A stretch of DNA of 64,000 bases, taken from Octopus vulgaris. Its lineage: Eukaryota. Below, piece after piece: positions 40,929-56,134 of the stretch. The translations under genes and the position numbers were made by a program. The notes under the pieces are model-generated. The model had not been told where the DNA came from. It did no database searches and was given only the letters and a program-made list of their open reading frames with translations. Each line of letters opens with the position of its first letter. The stretch's first letter is position 1. The DNA is taken from assembly GCA_951406725.2 (NCBI GenBank), contig OX597815.1, positions 150,970,001 through 151,034,000 on the forward strand, read 5' to 3'.

Positions 40929-40932
<4 letters not shown>
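40510..40932 (+). mobile_element. 3' fragment of an RTE-clade LINE with (AAGGTGATC)n tail
   Basis: QRVMERSMLGISLREH..KYRWAGHVAR..WT..V.EWYPRERKRPPGRPPRRW. Its 5' part is duplicated at about 38860-38980. Confidence 0.9.
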
Positions 40933-40986
<54 letters not shown>

Positions 40987-41028
40987 TGTATGTATGTATG
41001 TATGTACATATATATGTATATATATATG

Positions 41029-41108
<80 letters not shown>

Positions 41109-41273
41109 GGGGAGAATTCACAAAAACAAACGACGAAGACTGGTGGTGTAGACAACAAACAGATGCATTAGCTTATATATACATATATATATATATATCA
41201 GTATGTATATATATATATGTTTCGAATTTGTGTCAATGGGTATATCAATATATACCCACACATGTATATATAC

Positions 41274-41341
<68 letters not shown>

Positions 41342-42018
41342 ACACATGCATTTATATATATTTTATGTATGTATGCATGCACATATACACGTAAATGTAT
41401 ATGCTTATGTTTGTTATGTCTATATGCATGTGTGTGTGTGTGTGCGTGCGCGTACGTGGGTGCATGTGTGTATCTGCATGTGTGTGTTTGCGTGTCTGTG
41501 CGTTGTGACTAACTCCTCTTTTCTTTTAAATGTGTCACAGAAACACGATTAAATTACAACTCACTCTTCTCCCTTCTGTTTCTTCCTATCTCTCTCTCAC
41601 ACTCTCACTCCCTCTCTTTCTTCCTATCTGTCTCTCACTCACTCACTCTCTATCTATCTAGCTAGCTAGCTAGCTAGTTAGCTATCTAACTATCGATCTC
41701 TCTATCTATCTATTTAGGATTGATTCCTCCTCCTTTTTTATACTAAAATTTTATGGTCTGTTTCGGTCAATAAATTTCTTAGGATCGTCAACGTTTCAAG
41801 ACATTCCTGGTTTTATCTTCTGAATGAAGTGATGGCAGAGACAGTTGTTATTGTTGTTTATTTATTTTACATCATTCTACAATATAACAAACGAGAAACA
41901 TATACTACTCCCGTGATTCTCTTCTACATATATATATTTGTACATATATACATACATACACGCACACACACACACACACATATATATATTTATATATGAG
42001 AGCAATAGCAAAAACGAC

Positions 42019-42111
<93 letters not shown>

Positions 42112-42320
42112 ATATACATGTATTTATATATATATATATATATATATATACAAATAGAGATACACGTACATATATATATATAAATATATATATATACATA
42201 TATATGTATGTATGCATGTATGTATATGTACATGTATTTATATATATATGTTTACGTATATATATACAAATACACACACACATGTACATATATATAAATA
42301 TATATATATATACATATATT

Positions 42321-42426
<106 letters not shown>

Positions 42427-42869
42427 CAATAGTAAGAATGATTAAATATATATATATTCTAAATGAAAGTTGAAAATTGAAAAAGGTCTTGAATAGTTGA
42501 TGTAGCTAGGACATTTATTGTTCAAAACAAACCATAAAGGATTGATAAGGAAATATGAAGAATTTATCTGAATTAATCGTTGAAAAAAAAACAGTTGTAT
42601 TTCTGTTTTAATGGGAAACATCATACACACAGGCACGAACATAAATGGTAATGTGAATGTGTGCGCATGTATACATGTATGTAAGTCCAGAAATCTGTAT
42701 GCATAAATGTGTGTACGTGTACATACATGTACACATATTTGTATGTATATATGCATGTATGCATGTATGTATGTATGTATGTGTATGGATTATCACTTCT
42801 TTAGAAAAGGCCATCTCTTCAATTAGTAAATGCTGTCATGAGGTCTCATGTGAGCAACAAGTCCGCCTT

Positions 42870-43800
42870 TAAATAAAGAGATCCTACTGACGGTATTATA
42901 AATATTTTCGAGTTAAATCCTGTTTTACGAAGTCCTCGTTTCAAGATGGGTCGTTCAGTTCTCGGTGCTTCAAATACTTACCAGCCATTGTAAATCACTT
43001 CTTTTCCAAAGCAATCGCTCTTCCGTCATTTACTCCCATTCACACTAAAAGCCTCAAGGTTGCTGTAGACGGCATCCCTAAGACGTTTGGCTATTTACCA
43101 CGTTACAACTCCCCGTAAAACCACTCCTTAGATAACCTTTTATCCTCTATTTTAGTACGCTACTCAGCCCAACTTCATTTGCCTGAGTATAAGGTGAATT
43201 TCAATACTGAATGTGTTAGATTGCTGGAGAACAACAGTGTTTGGTGTTAGGGACTGCCAGTAAAGGTTTAAGAGCCTCCTAAGTCAAGACTGGTGGAATC
43301 TTTCCAAAGCCTTCATGTGACGATGATGTGTAATCTAAGTCTCGAAAGAGTATAAATGCGCAGTTAAGACACATCATTCATGGCTGCTGAACTTGGCTTT
43401 TATGGTGATACCGCTGGCACACCATACGCGATTTTCAAAATTTCTAAGTGTTTTGCTTGTTTTTCGATCCTCAAATTTATTTAAGAATCAGGGAATCCGA
43501 GGACGCTGCCAAAGTGGACGAAAGAGTCAACCACATCCAAACTTGTACCCTGGATGTTAAGTTCGATATAGGTATGGCCTATTAGCGGAAAGAGCATAAC
43601 TTTTGTCTTCAGATTGATAGCAAATGTAAAATAAGCACATGCTGTTAAGAAGAAATGTATTATAGACATTATGTCTTCTTCATAGTGAGCAACAAAAATT
43701 ACATCGTCAGCATAAAGGAATTGAAGCGTTTTTCATCAAAGACCTTACCTGTGGTACTGAAGCGAATGTAGATGCCGATATCGCTGTCCTGGAAAGCGTA
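42870..43800 (-). pseudogene. Decayed RTE-BovB-like RT
   Basis: AFQDSDIGIYIRFSTTGKVFDEKRF, FLYADDVIFVAH and INLKTKVM..LDVVDSFVHFGSVL, with frameshifts. Confidence 0.75.
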
Positions 43801-44723
43801 AGATACAATTACATACAATTATATAGTAAAATGGGTTGGGGCAGAAATATCACCTTGTTTTACCCCGATAACGGTTGTTTCTTCACTGATAAGTTGTTGT
43901 GTTGTCTAATTGCTAAATTGATAAAGGGGAGAAGTCGTAAAATTTGGTCATTTCTTACCTGTACATGTGTCTATATTTTCACTGAGTCCTATTTATCTAC
44001 CTTTCCGCATTTGTATATGTGATTTTTGTAAAGCTTTGGGTTGTCTTAGAGACTCTCTGGTCTGTCCTATGTAATGCTCTACTCATATTGAGCTTGTAAC
44101 TGCATAAATTAGGGCTTAGATGAAGAGGTAAAGCTGGGTTTTTTAATTCTGAAGAGGTGTCATTGTTTAAAACGGATCTCCTCCTGTCAGATTGAAACAT
44201 ATACTACAGTTGGGTCTACCACATTCTTTAAACAAAAGCACACATTTTCCCAATGTGAAAAGCCCTACTTAATAATACGAAATCTTAAAACAACAATCAA
44301 ATCACCTTACATTACACCTTAAACGTCTTAAGACAGAAAAGATACACAAGATAACATGTTATATTGAATATTGATAGAATGGTCACGGTTAGAGCGCCTT
44401 GATCATATCTCTACTTAATCAACGTTAACCTGGAACTGTACAATAACAGCAACAGCAACAAATTAACGCCAATTTATTATTAGTTCTTCATATATATGAG
44501 GTTGCATGGCCTAGTCGTTAGGGTGTTGGATTCTCAATTGCGATATCGTAGTTTCAATTCCTAGACCGAGTGGGGCGTTGTGTTCTTGGACAAAACACTT
44601 CATTTCATGTTGCGCTGCGATAAACTTCGATACCTGATGCGTGACACGCAGTGCACCTGTTCAGGTAATGTCGACAGACAGACAGATAGATAGATAGGTA
44701 GATAGATAGATAGATAGATAGAT

Positions 44724-45235
<512 letters not shown>

Positions 45236-45754
45236 GGATCTTTTCAAATTTGTGGCCAGGACCCCAGATCTTTCTAGTTAACTAAATAATTTGAAACTTT
45301 GTGTACTCATAGATTGGAACTAGTTTATTCGCCAGTTGGAACTAGTTTATTTGAGAAAAATCTATTTTATGACTTTAATCGTAGATTAAAACTGCGAATT
45401 TTAACCAATGAGATTGCTTGTTTTCATATCTAAAACGTTACTGCGATCTGTTAGTGTGACGTTGAAAGCAGTTTTGTGACGTCTGCTATTTCTAAAAAGC
45501 TTTTGTGTGTGGTAAAGTAATTTTTTTACTTTACCATATTTTTATAAATTATATCGGAGAATCCATATTTTTATAACATATATCGGAGAATCCATGTGAT
45601 TTTTCGTTGTTTTTCTCTTATACGTATGTGAATTATTTCTGAGTATGCATTGTCTGGGAGACTTTTTCTTGCAGTTGAGAAATTTTTGGCTGCTATTTCT
45701 AAAAAACTCGGTGTGTGGTTAAGTAATTTTTTTACTTTACCATATTTTTATAAA

Positions 45755-45800
<46 letters not shown>

Positions 45801-46422
45801 TACTCGGTGTATGTGTATATGTATGTCTGCATGTGTGTGTGTGTATGTATGTGTGTGTGTGTGTGTAAGTATGTGTAAAAAATTACATTGAATCGGCCAT
45901 ACATACATACATACACATACACAGATACATACACACATACATTCAGGCATATACACATACACCGAGTAAAAAATTTCAGTTATCTCTCTCTTTCACACAT
46001 TACTCTCTCTGTCTCTTCACACACACTAACAGAAGCACTTCACTTACACAACATACTGTCTCCCACACCCCATCAAACACACACACACACATGTACATCA
46101 ATGCTTCCCCTAGACGGTAACTTCAAAGACAAACTTTTGTTATTAGAAGGTGGCTGACTATAGCTTGTTTACATTTAAGATGTTTAATACGTCACGAAAT
46201 TGGTGGTCGAGACGGAGTAAATAAAATAAAGCCGAATGACGGAATATCATTGGTTAAAATTCTAATTATTAAACAACGTTAAACTTAGAAGTTACAATTC
46301 CGTTTTCATTCTGGTTTACAATTAAGTTTACTTTTGACACATTCTACCAGTATACGAAGTTTCAAATTGTTTGGTTCAGTAGGAAAAATTTGAAAAAACT
46401 GGCTTCAGAATAGAAAAGATCC
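45236..46422. mobile_element. Non-autonomous DNA transposon, Merlin-like (GG termini, 8-bp TSD)
   Basis: TIR ggatcttttcaaatttgtggccag / ctggcttcagaatagaaaagatcc. TSD caagtggg at 45228-45235 and 46423-46430. Confidence 0.7.
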
Positions 46423-46510
46423 CAAGTGGGTAACCCTCTGAACTTAGTTTTTGATTATGGTTTACAAGATTCTTTATATGAATTTGTGTGTTGGAACAAA
46501 TTTTGACGTG

Positions 46511-46716
46511 TCGAGGAAGAGTCATTACCTCAGTATAATTAATACACACACTGGTTCAATTCCACTCCTTTTTCTTTATTATTAGTCAATTGATTAAATA
46601 TCCGACTAATTTGCTTTGTTTTTATTTGTCGAAAGCTCTTTCGTCGCTACTTTCAAACTTTTCAATGAATTGAATCAGTGTGTGGTAACTATATTGACAT
46701 AATGACTCTCCCTAGA
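46511..46716. repeat. ~205-bp element with ~50-bp imperfect inverted ends
   Basis: gaggaagagtcattacctcagtataattaatacacacactggttcaattc versus gaattgaatcagtgtgtggtaactatattgacataatgactctcccta. Confidence 0.65.
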
Positions 46717-46854
46717 TAACTTAGGTTTTGTTTGGTATCGGCCTAGACTATGTCTAGTTTAATAGCACCACCTGGTGCGTGTAGAGGGTTGTTGTTTGAC
46801 AAAATGTATTCGTGTGTCAGTGGTTTATCTGATACTTCTTGGAGAATTTTGTAA

Positions 46855-47188
46855 GCGCAGGAGTGGCTTTGAGGTAAGTAGCTTGCTTGCCAACCACATG
46901 GTTCCGGGTTCAGTCCCACTGCCTTGGGCAAGTGTCTTCTACTATAGTCTCGGGCCGACCAAAGCCTTGTGAGTGGATTTGGCAGACGGAAACTGAAATA
47001 AAACCGTCGTATATGTGTGTGTGTGTCCCAACATCGCTTGACACCCGATGCCGGTGTGTTTACGTTCCCGTAACTTAGCGGTTTGGCAAAAGAAAGCGAT
47101 AGAATAAGTACTAAGCTTACAAAGAAGTCGATTTGCTTGACTAAAGGCGGTGCTCCAGCATGGCCGCAGTCAAAATGACTGAAACGAG
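46855..47188 (+). mobile_element. SINE family 2 with a short internal microsatellite
   Basis: Head gcgcaggagtggct.., tail ggcggtgctccagcatggccgcagtcaaaatgactgaaac. Confidence 0.85.
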
Positions 47189-47462
47189 ATTATTTATTTA
47201 ATTATAAATCTATAAGGTCTTACAAACTTTGTAAAATCTCAGGTACTTGTGAGTGGCCCCCGCGATCCTACTGCAGGGTAGTTTAGCCAATTGAGGAAGA
47301 GAGCGAGAGATAGCAGGAGAGAAGGAAAGAGAGAGAGAGAGAGGGAGAGAGTCACTCCCAGAACATATACACGTACGCGCTCGTACATACTCGGTGGGAT
47401 TCCGCACAAGTCCCCTCTGTTAAATTCTATACACAATACACATTGGATACACAAATGTTTGT

Positions 47463-47517
<55 letters not shown>

Positions 47518-48117
47518 CAGTAGTGGCGGCGGCGGCAGTAGTAGTAGTAGTAGAAGAAGAAGAAGAAGAAGAAGAAGAAGAAGAAGAGGAGGAGGAGGAG
47601 GAGGAGAAAAGTAGAAGAATGGGAGAAAAGGGGAAAAGGAGAAGAAAAAGAAGAAGAAGAAGAAGAAGAAGAAGAAGAAGAAGAAGAAGAAGAAGAGGAG
47701 GAGGAGGAGGGGGAGAAAAGAAGAAAAGTAAAAAAATAGGAGAAAAGGGGTAAAGGAGAAGAGAAAGGGAAGAAGAAGAAGAAGAAGAAGAAGAAGAAGA
47801 AGAAGAAGATATCTTCTCTATAATGATTCAAAGAATAACACAGAAAGACGAAAAAGGGTTCTGATGCGTTCTTGAAGCCCATTGGGCAACGGCGGCGGCT
47901 GTGGCGGTGGTGGTGAGGTGGTTAAAAAGTTCAATTCTACAAATTAACGAAACAACTTATCAAAAGAAAAGTGCTAAACAGCGACCAGAAAAAAAACTAC
48001 AAAAGAAAAAGAAAAACGAAAAGCAAAAAAAAAAAAAGCAACAGAAAAAGGACACAAACAACTCTACAATATCAACAATAATAATAACAACAAAAACACA
48101 ACAAAACCCCTGCTGAT

Positions 48118-48218
48118 ATGAAAAACTGTATCTCATTTAAGAAGTGTTGCGTTAGGAATTATCTCCAGTGCGAACTAAAATGCCAACAGAGAATTCAAGC
48201 GTACCAAAATGAACCGAA
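48118..48218 (+). CDS. Candidate first coding exon of an unidentified host gene
   Basis: ATG with an open frame (MKNCISFKKCCVRNYLQCELKCQQRIQAYQNEP) up to a GAA|gtaagt donor at 48219 (phase 2), in unique sequence followed by a T-rich intron-like region. No homology recognised. Confidence 0.3.
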
Positions 48219-48807
48219 GTAAGTAGATTTCGTGGAGAATTCTATTGACTAGTTTCTCAAAACATTATTTCGCATTTTTACTTTTTTATATTTTTTCTTT
48301 AATTTTTTTTTTTTATTTTTTTATCATTTATCTTTTATTTCTATGCTCTTTATTATTATTATTATTTTTTTTTTTTTATCTTATATCGATTTTAATTTGT
48401 TCACTGTTGAAACAAGCATTTAGCACCAGCGTGTTACGTTTGCTGGTTGGTTTGTTTTTGTTTTGTTCTTTTTTTTAGTTTTTTTTTTTTTCTTTTGTGT
48501 TCTCTTTTTTCTTCTAAGATTTTGTCAATTTAAACGTAAACCCAAAATATTCCGTCTTGGAAATGGCGTGGTGTGGAGCCGATACTTTATAATCAATACA
48601 CTTACGACGGTACATGAGATTCCATGATAAAACGATGTTTTTGTCTGAATTCTACAATATGTGTTCGTGTGTGTACATGTGTGCATGTGTTTATGCGTGT
48701 CTGTGTGCAGTGTGTGAGTTTGCTGTCTGATACCAAATACACAAACACGTCTATTACCAACGAAGTGAAGTATCACATACACACACATACTCATACACAC
48801 ACACACT

Positions 48808-48841
<34 letters not shown>

Positions 48842-48932
48842 CATACATATATGATTATACATGAATATACATGAATATATATTTCTATATAAATGCATGT
48901 ATATGTGTGTACATTCATACACATACACACAT

Positions 48933-48990
<58 letters not shown>

Positions 48991-49413
48991 TATATATATA
49001 TATAATTGTATGTGTGTATTTTGAAAGTATGTATTGTTTAGACGAATAGGTTTAGATATGTGCTTATTCAAGCATATGTATGTGTGCTCGCGTCTGCGTG
49101 TGCATGTGAATGCATGCGCAAACTTACACACTACACAGAGGTTCGCGTACACACGCATGCAGCATTCAGCTCTTGAACGTGAACAACACAAACTAAACAC
49201 GAATCAAACCAGCATCAGTAGGTTTTGAGTGGGTGTGGAACAATGGTTTACAGAAAAACGATAGGATGAAAAAATAGCGAAGTAATTTGGGTATCTGATA
49301 AAATACCTTATAAACCTGGGTTCAAATCTCGCTGTAGCTACCTTTATCTTTCGTAATTTAAGACAGTTGTGTACAGGTCTTCCTATTATTCTCTGATAAT
49401 ATTTTTCACTCCT

Positions 49414-49849
49414 AAGGCAGCTAGCTAGCAGAAACGTTAGCACGCCGGGCGCAATGCTTAGCGATATTTCGTCTGGCGCTACGTTCTGAGTTCAAATTCC
49501 ACCAAGGTCGACTTTGCCTTTCATCCTTTCGGGGTCGATAAATTAAGCACCAGTTACGCACTAGGGTCGATCTAATCGACACGATCTGTTTGTCTGTCCT
49601 TGTTTGTCCCTTCTATGTTTAGCCCCTTGTGGGAAATAAAGATATAAGAAACGTTAGCACGCCAGGCGAAATGCTTAGCTGTATTTCGTCTGTCATAACG
49701 TTCTGAGTTCAAATTCTGCCGAGGTCGACTTTGCCATTCATCCTTTCGGGGTCGATAAATTAAGTACCAGTTGCGTACTGGGGTCGATCTAATCGAATGA
49801 CCCCACTCCCAAAAAATTTCGGGCTTTGTGCCTAGAGTAGAAACGAATA
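49414..49849 (+). mobile_element. SINE family 1 dimer
   Basis: Two units, second tail aaatttcgggctttgtgcctagagtaga. Confidence 0.85.
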
Positions 49850-50169
49850 CTTACCCTCACTTAAAAGTGGATGTTGTGTTAAGCCCACTAGTTATCTGCG
49901 ACACCAGTGTCTGGCTAGAACCTGAAGTTCTATGAATATCGCTGACAGAGGAATCGCTGCTGTCTCTGGTGTCGGACGTCTAGCATTGACAAGGCCAGGA
50001 AAGGCCAAAATCATGTGATCTCGTAACCCCGATGGTGACACCGGACGATTATCTCCCGCTTGCGATATAAACACGAATACTTATATACACCACAAGTCCA
50101 TAAAAAGATCTTCTCTCATGGTAACCCGATGAAATAAGTGCTTGGCTAAGCTCAAGACTTTGTCAAACA

Positions 50170-51400
50170 AATGATCTTGAGCTTTCGTTGGTATCGGTAT
50201 AGGAGCTGGTGACTCGACTGAAGTTGCTGATTTAACTTAGTTGCTTTTGTTACATGAACTAGAATAAAGATTTCCCATTATTGATTGTAGATTAAACTGA
50301 GAAGACGATTCATTAATACAAACGAATTGTAACCAACAAACAACTGACAAAATTAGGAAAGATCATCTTTTCTTTGAAAACTAAGTTTTATGTACTATCT
50401 CAGAGGCTAATAGCAACACTTATCTAAATAATTGTCTTTATTCCTCTTACTATAAACAAAACAGATCGGTAAATTATATAAATAGATGGTGCAACCATCC
50501 TAGAAATATATTACCAAAAACTTAATTAAGTTTACTTAGTTGTCCCAGTAATTCTACTAATGAACCATGTTTTAATGATTATTCGTCATATTACAACGAG
50601 GCCAGAGTAAAGAGTGAATTTAAAGATAAACTATCCTACATTCTATTTTCTTTTAAATCTATGTTCGTATAATCCTCTTCATAGATTGAAAGAAACAAGC
50701 CCTATAGACAATAATCTTTACTTAATAAACATTTTCCTCCCTGTCACAAATATCATAAAATATCTAACACAAATATTGTAAAATGCGCTAACTCTGCTAT
50801 AATTAATCTAGATTAAAATACAACCGTTTTAGATTTGACACATCTAATACTGAAATCAGAAAGAGTTAACTAAAACCAATACTTCCTATCATATATTTAT
50901 TTATCTATTTCTTTATTAACTAGCTATGTACCCAAAAAGTGGATTTATTCTCTTTTCCTTTTCATCAAGAGCCGATTAGCTGAAATTCAATATAAGGAAA
51001 GAATAAACTTAGTATATTGTTTAAACCCCGTGATATAGCCTAATTTAATCTAATCTCATTTCTATTTCACCAAAAATAATTCCATTCTCACTTAAGATTC
51101 TTGTTAGAAATAATTTGCTACTAAACAGCAAATTACTTCTCGCCATAATATCAAGTAGGAATGGAATTATTTCTGGTGAAAGTGTTTTTAGTGGTCAGTA
51201 TGTCACTATTAACAAGATATTTGTTTATAATCCTGTATTTTATCGCAGATAAATGGCAGAAAAATCTTTACATAAGATTTATTTGTCTGAATTAGATTCT
51301 GTGAGCATGAACGCCCCTAATCAACTAAAATATATTAAATCTTTATTAGTATGAAATAATAGCGGGCTTAAATACTACTGAACTTCGAATGCATTTTTCT
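50170..51400. pseudogene. Highly decayed Naiad/Chlamys-type PLE RT with an inverted segment
   Basis: Plus strand GIGAGDSTEVADLT (cf. MGxxDGAEVCELVG), YYKQNRSVNYINRWCNHP and LLNKHFPPCHKYHKISNTNIVK. Minus strand at about 50900-51300 IMARSNLLF and a DFYPSI-like remnant. Confidence 0.5.
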
Positions 51401-51414
51401 TTCTAATAATACTT

Positions 51415-51632
51415 AAGGCGGCGAGCTGGCAGAATCGTTAGCACGCTGGACGGAATGCTTAGCAGTATTTCGTTCATCGCTACGTTCTGAGTTCAAATTC
51501 CTCCGAGGTTGAATTTGCTTTTCACCATTTCAGGGTTGATAAATTAAGTACCAGTTGCGTACTGGCATCGATGTAATCGACTAGTCTCTACCCTACAAAA
51601 TTTCAAGTTTTGTGCCTCTAGTTGAAAGGATA
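51415..51632 (+). mobile_element. SINE family 1 monomer
   Basis: Head ggcggcgagctggcagaatcgttagcacg. Confidence 0.8.
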
Positions 51633-51756
51633 ATATATGCCAATTTAACAATTGGGCGATTTTTGTCTCTTAAGCAACAAAAATCGGAATATTTTGTATT
51701 CAGAAAAATTAATCGGTTTCTCATCTAGGTTTTAAAGATCTGAATATACATAAGTT

Positions 51757-51813
<57 letters not shown>

Positions 51814-52939
51814 TAATTAATACAAACTAATTTAAAACATAGAAGACCGACTTATTCTGGTTGAGAGTTCAATTATATCACAAAACAAAATTCTCTCAGA
51901 ATTTACTATAGCAGATTTAAACGTGAAGATGCTAATCGCTGGTGTATTTCGACTTCGGTGAACAACTTCTTACAAACGATGTCTGTTCACAACGCACTCG
52001 ATTTGTTGAGGCAAGTTGACTTTGAAACACTTTTCGTATATGTGCAGATGATGTGTATATTTAGACGTTCGGATATATGCATATGTCAGCAGGTGTAAGT
52101 AAATAAAGTTATATACGTATATGGATGAGTATGAGAGTGCCTGTGTTTACGAGTGAGTACAGCTATCTCTTGCTCAAAACTTTCTGCCTGTTTTTCCTCT
52201 TCTACTGATTTCTGAAACATTTATCATTGTTAACTTTGATCTATGACAGTTTAGATATTCAATTCCCTTTTCTTCGTAAGAGATCCCGATTACGATTATT
52301 ATTTTTCCTTCTTTTTTCTATCTTTGTCTCACTGATAAAATATCAATAATAATTTTCCTTTCCTAATCAACTATACATAGAATGTTCTCAGAAATATTCA
52401 CTCAGTTCTTATTTAGCACTGCCAACCAACGAAGAATTGTAAGTACATATAGATGAAATTACAATTTGCTTCTGAAAATCTGTCGTTTCAATCTCCTACG
52501 TAATGATAAACATCCAACATACCAGTGAACCATCCAACATTCGCTTGTGAAACACGTGTAAAGAAGTTGCAATTTATGATGGCCTAATAAAAAGTTAAAC
52601 CAAATCTGTTTTATTCAGCTCTGACATGCAGACTCTGTATATCATTCAAAAGCAAATGATATCAAAAGAAAATCGGAAGACAAATTATATTTAGTATATG
52701 ATTGGAATTTGGATATACATGGACTGACATGTAGTTCTAAGTATTGATTAACCATATTGCTAACTCATACGAAAAGTGAAAGTTCAAATCACACACACAC
52801 ACATACATATATATATCACCATGATTGACTGCTAACCACTAAGGTTGTTTTTTTCTCTCCCTGTTTATTTTCTCGTGTTCCTTTCTGTTGAAGAGCGTAG
52901 GCTCGAAACGTAAAAGACTTTCACATCATCCCGAGCGTT

Positions 52940-53174
52940 AAACAGGGCAGGGCCTGTTGAGGAGAAGAAATTATATTGCAGTGTACCTATATGCTGAGAT
53001 CCTGAATTGGACAGGGGGCGTATGGCCCGTGGTTCCAACCTTGGATGAACCTTGAAACTAATGTTTAGGTCGTTTGGGCAATGTTGGCGGTATATTCTCC
53101 ACATCGTACAAATGATGTACCGCACGCGGCGGCGCTGGGGAGAGTAGAGTTTCAAGGCTTTAAGGCGGTCCCAG

Positions 53175-53176
<2 letters not shown>
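52940..53176 (-). pseudogene. CR1-group LINE 3' coding fragment
   Basis: YWDRLKALKLYSPQRRRVRYIIC..HPRL..FFSSTGPALFN. Confidence 0.7.
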
Positions 53177-53249
<73 letters not shown>

Positions 53250-54168
53250 TATATAGTTCTTTTATATCAGCGTGGAAAGAAAACTGGTATAGTAGAACAG
53301 AAATACTCTACAGTTTTAATGTACGACTCCCTTCACGTGAATTTTCACATTTAAACCCCCATGTATGATGATAATAATAATATTCTTCTGCAGCAGCCAA
53401 TGAACTGAGGTTAATATAATCAACTGATAACGCTTCTAGTCAATCCTCCCAACATAGCCGGGATCAAATGTCTAGATAAACCAATAACAGAACACAAATA
53501 TACATATACAGTTTATATTTATTATACCTTTTTTTGTTTATTTACAGTAAGAAATGTAGAATTGTTAATTATTTGTATTACTTCGTTATAATATACATAC
53601 ATTGGATATCGTGACAGTTTAACATGGTGTCGAAGAAGAAAAACAGAATCCACGGTTATATCAACAGGAACTATTGTAAAAACCATTATTGGCTATTAGC
53701 AATTGATATTTAAGAAGGTAGGCAACAGTCTTTCTTTAAAACCAGTCAGAGGTACGCGTGTGCGAATACATCTTCCCAGAAATATGCGAATATGTACCAC
53801 AAACAAACACCTTTATCTCACATACACACACACACATACTTTCAGTTGTGAGCACATTGTCTTTGTGTGCGTGCGAGTATCAGAGAGAGAGAGAATTCGT
53901 GCATACGTGTTTGCAGTTGTGTTTTCAAATGTTTTTATCTGCTCAAAAGTACGTGTGTAAACATCCCACTACCAATATACATACAGGCACATATATACAC
54001 GCACATACACACACATATTTATATTTATACACATATGTACATATGAGTGTGTGTGTGCGCGCGTGTAAAATCACAAATTATAAGCATATATTGTGCCAAT
54101 ATGTAGAAGCACATATATATTGTGTATGTATGTATGTAGGTATGTATATGAATATATATATATATATG

Positions 54169-54199
<31 letters not shown>

Positions 54200-55229
54200 G
54201 CATGTATACGCATGCATTTTCTATTCTGTTTACTATTCTTGAGAAGACAGAGATGCCAGTACAACGCACACAAACACATACATGCATACATACACACATA
54301 CACACATACATACACACAGACATACACACATACATACACACATAAACGCATACATACACACATACACGCACACACATACACATATACACAAATACATACA
54401 TAATACATACATACATACATACATACATACATACATACATACATACATACATACACGCATACATATGTACATATAGATAAATACATACACACTCACATAC
54501 ATGTCTACATGTGATCCGTGCGTCCTTTGTGTCTCTTCTTACACATCAAACGTGACAAGATGCTTTTTCCCATCATCCGCTCTATATATGTATTATTATT
54601 CATTTTGTTACCGTTGGTGTTGCTTTCTGATGTTTCTCTTCTTAATTTTCTTTGTTGTTGTTACTGTTGTTGTTGATATATCTCTTTGCAGTTATCGCTA
54701 TCAACCCTCGCCCCGCCACCTTCTTCGGTATCTTAGAATAAATTTTATCATCATCGTAAAGCCCCATCACCATTGCAGTCGTGGTTACTTCATCATCACT
54801 AGCAGCCATCAGCATTAGTTTATCACTGTATATATATGTAAATATATGTGTGTGTGTGGAGAGAGGGAGAAAGGGGGGAGACAGATATACAGACAAACAG
54901 AAAGAGCGAGAGACTAGGTTGGAAAGAGAACCCTATCGTATTTCAAGATGGGAAAGAAACAAATGCTTCTTTGTTGTTAATTGGTATATGTAATCAATAA
55001 ATTTTTCCCTCGTTATTGGTACCATAATCCCATCTATTTGGCAAATTCTTGATCCTTCACAAATAAAATTCTTCGGGTTTCGAAGCAAAGAAACACACAA
55101 TATCATTTTAACCCCTTTCCTCCTATGTTTCAATAATCTGAAAAGATGACAGTCAGACGAAGCAAGGTTAAGCGAGTAAAGCGGATGAGCTAAAACTTCT
55201 ATTATTTAGTGCTATAACCTTTTCCTGAA

Positions 55230-55760
55230 CAACTTGGGTAATATGTGATCTTGGATTATTGTGTAACGAGAAAATCCCTTTATGATTGACCAGTGATGAA
55301 TGCTTTTCCTACAAAATTTTCGTGTAATGCTTCCAATTCACGACAATACTTCTCTGCATTCACTGTTCTGTTTTGGTTTAACATTTCATGGCAGGCGACA
55401 CCCTCCATATCTCACCAAACATAGTGAGAGCATAACATTTTTCGGGTTTAGTCCTGTTTTGGAAATTGATTCTCTTTTCTTCAATGGATACTAACTCTCA
55501 TCGTCATCGTTGGACATCTTTATAGGGAACCCACTTTTCATCACTTATGACGATTCTACCCAGCGAAGTTTCGGTAATAAGTCAACTCTTCAATGACGAC
55601 CGGAAGGGAACTCTTTAGATTAACCAAGAAGCAGTCAGATGATGAGGAACCAACTGGCCATGTTTAGACACCTTGCCTATTCATGGAGGTATTTTATGAT
55701 CGAAATGTTATTTGAAATGAAATGCTTTGCTAACTTTCGCACAGTTTTCTTGGAATTTTC
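55230..55760 (-). pseudogene. Decayed mariner transposase
   Basis: RIVISDEKWVPYKDVQR (cf. RIVTGDEKW) and QNRTVNAEKYCRELE. Confidence 0.65.
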
Positions 55761-55851
55761 TTCAGTTAAGATTTTTAAAACTTCTATATTGACAGAACTT
55801 ATTTACATTATTTACATTTGCCAGATATTTTTCCTCATCTTGTTTGTTGTG

Positions 55852-55897
55852 AACACAACGTTTCGGCTGATATAACCTCCAGCCTTCATCAGGTGTC
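55852..55897 (-). ncRNA. Minimal type I hammerhead ribozyme
   Basis: gacac-CTGATGA-a-ggctgg aggttata tcagcc-GAAAC-GTT-gtgtt. Palindromic aacgtt stem III. Confidence 0.7.
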
Positions 55898-55976
55898 TTG
55901 GGGAAATTTCGAGCCTGGGTTTTCATTCCTAAGGTATTTTTCGATGTTGTTGTTATTATTATTATTATTATTGTTA

Positions 55977-56038
<62 letters not shown>

Positions 56039-56088
56039 ACATCGAAAAATAACTTAGGAATGAGAACCCAGTTTCGAGATTTCCCCAA

Positions 56089-56134
56089 GGCCTCTGATGA
56101 AGGTTGGAGGGTATATCAGCCGAAACGTTGTGTT
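56089..56134 (+). ncRNA. Minimal type I hammerhead ribozyme (stem I degraded)
   Basis: CTGATGA-aggttggagggtatatcagcc-GAAAC-gtt-gtgtt. Confidence 0.6.
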
